Under the pieces are notes generated by a model. It had not been told where the DNA came from. It made no database searches and was given only the letters and a program-made list of their open reading frames with translations. A program made the translations under genes and the position numbers. From Blepharisma stoltei ATCC 30299 (taxonomy: Eukaryota; Protista; Ciliophora): a DNA stretch of 64,000 bases. This document shows, in pieces, positions 60,015 through 64,000 of the stretch. The stretch is from the NCBI GenBank assembly GCA_965603825.1, contig CBFDEM010000053.1, positions 992,001 to 1,056,000 of the forward strand, given 5' to 3'. Numbering within the stretch: position 1 is the stretch's first letter; every line of letters begins with the position of its first letter.

Positions 60015-63000
60015 ATGATGAAAGAAGAGAAAAAATATCAATTGGATACTAATGATAAAGAAATTGTTGAGTTTTCAGGAATCACTGATTCAAGCCAAAT
60101 CTATGAAGAGAGACGTTCAAAGGTTAACTTTGAAACAAAAATTGTAAAGGAATTGGATGAAATTCAAAAAGAGGAGAAAAGCGAAGAAATTAAACTTGAT
60201 GAAAAAGCTCTAGATGAAATTGAAAATATTATTGCAAAAGCAGAAAAAGGGCTCGAAAAAAGCTTAGAACAAAAAAAAGTCAACGAGCGAGGAGTTTATA
60301 TCTCAGTTATTGCTTCAACTATTTTTGTAGTCATGTGTATGTTTGTTAACCGAGCTGAGAAAACAGCAGATCTTACTGAGCTAATAGAAAATATTTTATT
60401 AAAAAAACCATGGCAAGTTGGACCAGATCTATATTTTAAGGACATTGAGAAAATTCATGATATTGATAAATATTTGAGGATGGTATTTTTGCCGGGGATT
60501 TTGGGGGATGGCTTTGTGGAAAATTATAATTATGCTGTGGGAATCAGGCTTTCAATAAAATTGGCAAGGATGGAAGATAATCCATTCAGCGAGTATGAAG
60601 AAGCGGTTTGGAAAGTAAGATCGAATCCTGAAATGAGTCCATCTCTTTCAAACTCAGATGAAATTACTCGTCCTCTTTTTGGGTTTACTTATGATCACGG
60701 AGGAGGATTTAGGCATTCGGGAGGGTATGTTCTCTGTTTCTTCAATGATAACTTACAGGAGGCTCTTTTAAAATGAAGGAAGTATAGGGATCTAATGATT
60801 TATTACGAATTTGAAAGCTTGGCGATAGAAACAATACTACACAATTCAAATATGGCTGCTACTTTATACTACTATCAAACAATAGTCCTTGAAAGCACTG
60901 GGAAAATGAGTAAGAAAATTGGAAATTCTGGAATTTTCCCTGAAACATTTGAAACTTATAGTTCTATTGACACAATTTTACTTACTTGTGGCTCAATTTA
61001 TCTAATAGGATTTTTAATACAAGTCTATAATATCTTTCAAACTATTATCCAAACTTTCAAAACGCTATGAGCAAAACTCAAATTTGAATTTGCATGGCAT
61101 GAATGGCTGGAGCTGATATCAATAATTTTTGTTTTGGCATCATTTGGACTATTTGGGAGTGTAATCTTAGGAAATATTGGAAAATATAAACTGCCAATCA
61201 CAGAGGAAAAAGATTTCACTGGATTAGCAGATTACGCAGAATCATTTCGGATATTAGTGAGATTAACAGCTCTAGCTGCTCTCATGACTTCATTTAAGAT
61301 AATTGTTATGCTGAAAAATAAATTTCCTTCATTTGGAGTACTATTTGATACAATTGCTCTTTCAAAAATTTATATCATCAACTTTACCTTAATAATAATG
61401 TTTATCTTTATTTCTTTTACCCTATTCGGGACTTTGGGGTTTGGGCTAACATATAGCAAATATTCGAATTTTGGAGAATCTTTGCTTTCTATAACAAGGG
61501 TTGCTTATGGAGATTTTGACTTAAAGAAGTTGGAAATTGCTAATGTCACGCTAGCACAAATTTTTCTTGTTGTTTTTGATATGTGGGTGTTTTTTATTCT
61601 CAAGAGTACTCTAATTGCCATTGTTATTGGCAGCTATATTGAAGTAAAAAATCGTGATGAACTGCTGCTTCAAGCGAAGGCTGATATGATTAAAGAGAAA
61701 AGTAACAATATTTTTAGAGCTATTATAAACTTTATATTTTGCAGAGCAAAAACAACGTTAAATGAAGATGCATTAGAATATCAACAACTATCAGCACTTG
61801 AAACAATGTCCCCTAGAAAGCAAAATGAAATTAATGAAAGGCTTAGAAAGCTTGAAATATCCATCCGGAATCAGAATCGTCTAAGTATTTTCGATGCAGT
61901 GAAATATAATCTTGGACAGATATCTCAGCTTATGAAGTTTGGTGGAGGGATGATTACTCGTGAACAATTTTTACAGAAAATCAAAGACTGCATTAGAAAA
62001 ATACTAAAGAAAAGAAAAATAGCAGAAATCTTAAGGAAGCAAAGAGGAAATGATGTTGATTATAATTTTACAGTTCTTGCAGATTTACTCATTTTTATTA
62101 TTTTTTGATCCTTATTCATTACTCTTGTAGTAACCAGACTTGAAATTTCTTATGTTTATACTATTTCTACTCAAACAAAAGACTCAATAATTGTTCCAAA
62201 ATTCTATAGCAATTGGCACAATATAACTTTCCAAGAAATCACCACAAGTAAAGATGCGTACAGCTTTATGAACGAAATTTTCAAAAACTATATGCAAAAG
62301 GTAACTGTTAATACCCAAAATAATTGAATAAGCCAAATTAAAGCAAGAATTACATTTACAAGATATCGGATGAGCAAAAATAAAAGCTCATTTTCTAATG
62401 AAGTCATTCAATATGTTATTCCAGATACAGAAACCCAAAATACAACTGATTTCCATGGAGTAGCAACTTTTAAGAAATATATTTATAGCCCATCAGGATC
62501 ATTGAAAACTTACAAGAGTAAAGGAGGATATGTAATAGAGCTAAATAACAAACAAAACATATCCGATATAATCCAGCAAATTGAGCTTGATGATATTTTC
62601 AGTCGCAATCTTAAAGATTTTTATATAGAATGAGTCCTTTACAATCCCAATGTAAATATGTTTTCTTACAGTGTCATACATTTCAACAAGCTCGTTTCAG
62701 GCAATATTGACCCTTCAATTTATTCTGGAGTTATAGATCTTGATATATATAGTTCAGGCTCTCCAATGATTGTTATAAGTATCTTGTTCTTTATGTTCAC
62801 TATTTTATATTTAATCAAATTTTGCTATTCATGATATTTGGTTTGGAAAAAAGTCTATAAACAAAGGAAGGAGAAAACCCTTATTTGAAAAATTGCAAGA
62901 CATGTAATTGATAAAATTGAAGAGAATGAGATCAGCGCAAGAGATCATTGCTTTAGATTTACTAAAAAAGCCTTAACCTGATACTGCTACACCATAATAG

Positions 63001-64000
63001 ATCTATTATATTCAGCATGATTATTAATTAAAGGGGACATTTTTCAATTGTTCAGCATCGTTTCAACAATCATGTCGCTAATGATGATTTATTATGAAAT
63101 AATGCTTGTTCAGAGTAATTTTTATCAAAACTTTAAATTAGATTCTCCTTTTGTGGCTTGAAAGAACTGCATAGGTGAATTTTCGGAAATAAATGATCTT
63201 TTGTATATATCCGGGACATTAGCTATGTTTACGTGCCTAATTTTATTTTTGAGACTTATTCAATATTTTGAATTCAGTGACTATTTATCAAATCTTACAG
63301 ATGTTATTAAATCTGCATCATTTGACTTAGCATTCTTTACAATTGTTTTTATTATTATTTTAGCTGCCTATGCAATTTCTAATTATCTAGTTTTAGGACA
63401 TCATGATATAAGTTTCAAATTCATGGAAAGCTCTTTCTTGTCAACTTATTCAATGCTATTGTGCTATTATGACATCGGCTCAATTTTGCAAGCCGATAAT
63501 TTGTTAGGGGCAATACTTTTTATAAGCTACATGGTGATCTTCAATTTTATGATGCTGAACTTATTTATAGCTATCATTTTTGCTCATTACACAGCACTTA
63601 AATCAACCCGTCCTAAGAAAAGACTTGGATTTTTTGAAAAATTTTGAAAAGTCATTAAATATAAATTTCAAAACAGAAAATTAATTATCGACCCAAATAA
63701 AATCAAAAAAATCGAAGACATCGCTGATGAAAATTTGTTTGTAAATTATAGCCCAACAGTCCTTGAAGATGCATTCATAATTGATGATAAAGCCCATATA
63801 AATTCCTCCTCAAATAAATGGCTCAAGTCTTTAGAAGATGGAGTTTCCGACCATTCAGGGAATGAAATAACTTTTGCTAAATTAAAGGCAGATTTTAGTA
63901 AATATTGTGGCATGATAAACACTGATTTAATTCAGCCAATTCAATTAAATGAAATTTGCTTTATGAATCCAGAAATATGAAAAGACGAGAATGTTGAGCA
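60015..64000 (+). CDS. polycystin (PKD2/TRPP)-like channel with two tandem modules; truncated by window end
   Basis: Single frame with about 12 TGA=Trp. Module 1: GGYV, LHNSN, YSNFGES..YGDFD, TLIAIVIGSY. Module 2: GGYV, LYNPNVNMF, FKFMESS, MLNLFIAIIFAHY. Confidence 0.85.

Noticed and set aside
628-64000. Selenocysteine or Cys decoding of TGA, or a Condylostoma-type ambiguous code
   Set aside because: TGA aligns to Trp, not Cys. No exonic in-frame TAA/TAG and no TGA gene ends were found.
1-64000. Prokaryotic operon, CRISPR array, transposon, telomere or IES
   Set aside because: The gene content is eukaryotic with spliceosomal introns. I saw no repeat-spacer array, transposase, terminal inverted repeats or telomeric repeat run, and no insertions interrupting genes.

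Overview
Gene-dense, AT-rich eukaryotic DNA, most consistent with the macronuclear genome of a heterotrich ciliate of the Blepharisma type. Two features explain the fragmented ORF track. (1) TGA encodes tryptophan: it sits at invariant Trp positions such as kinase DY-W-S and DI-W-A, and Prp16 YQL-W-ILGAL, while every true gene end I traced is TAA or TAG. (2) Genes carry 15-16 nt GT..AG introns, of which ten are located here. Re-read this way, the window holds about 41 protein genes plus one tRNA-Asp(GUC). They include PKG, a P4-ATPase/guanylyl cyclase fusion, an atypical TGH-MAPK, anoctamin, kinesin, PP2A-A, Prp16, PEX10, TFB5, Alba and an HMG-box protein. Several genes are missing or truncated in the supplied track. 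The most unusual items are visible only after recoding: an 800-aa TM + tandem F-BAR-like + SMP lipid-transfer protein (21057-23459) and a channel with two polycystin (PKD2-like) modules in one chain (60015 to window end). Domain calls are by motif recognition; no database search was run.
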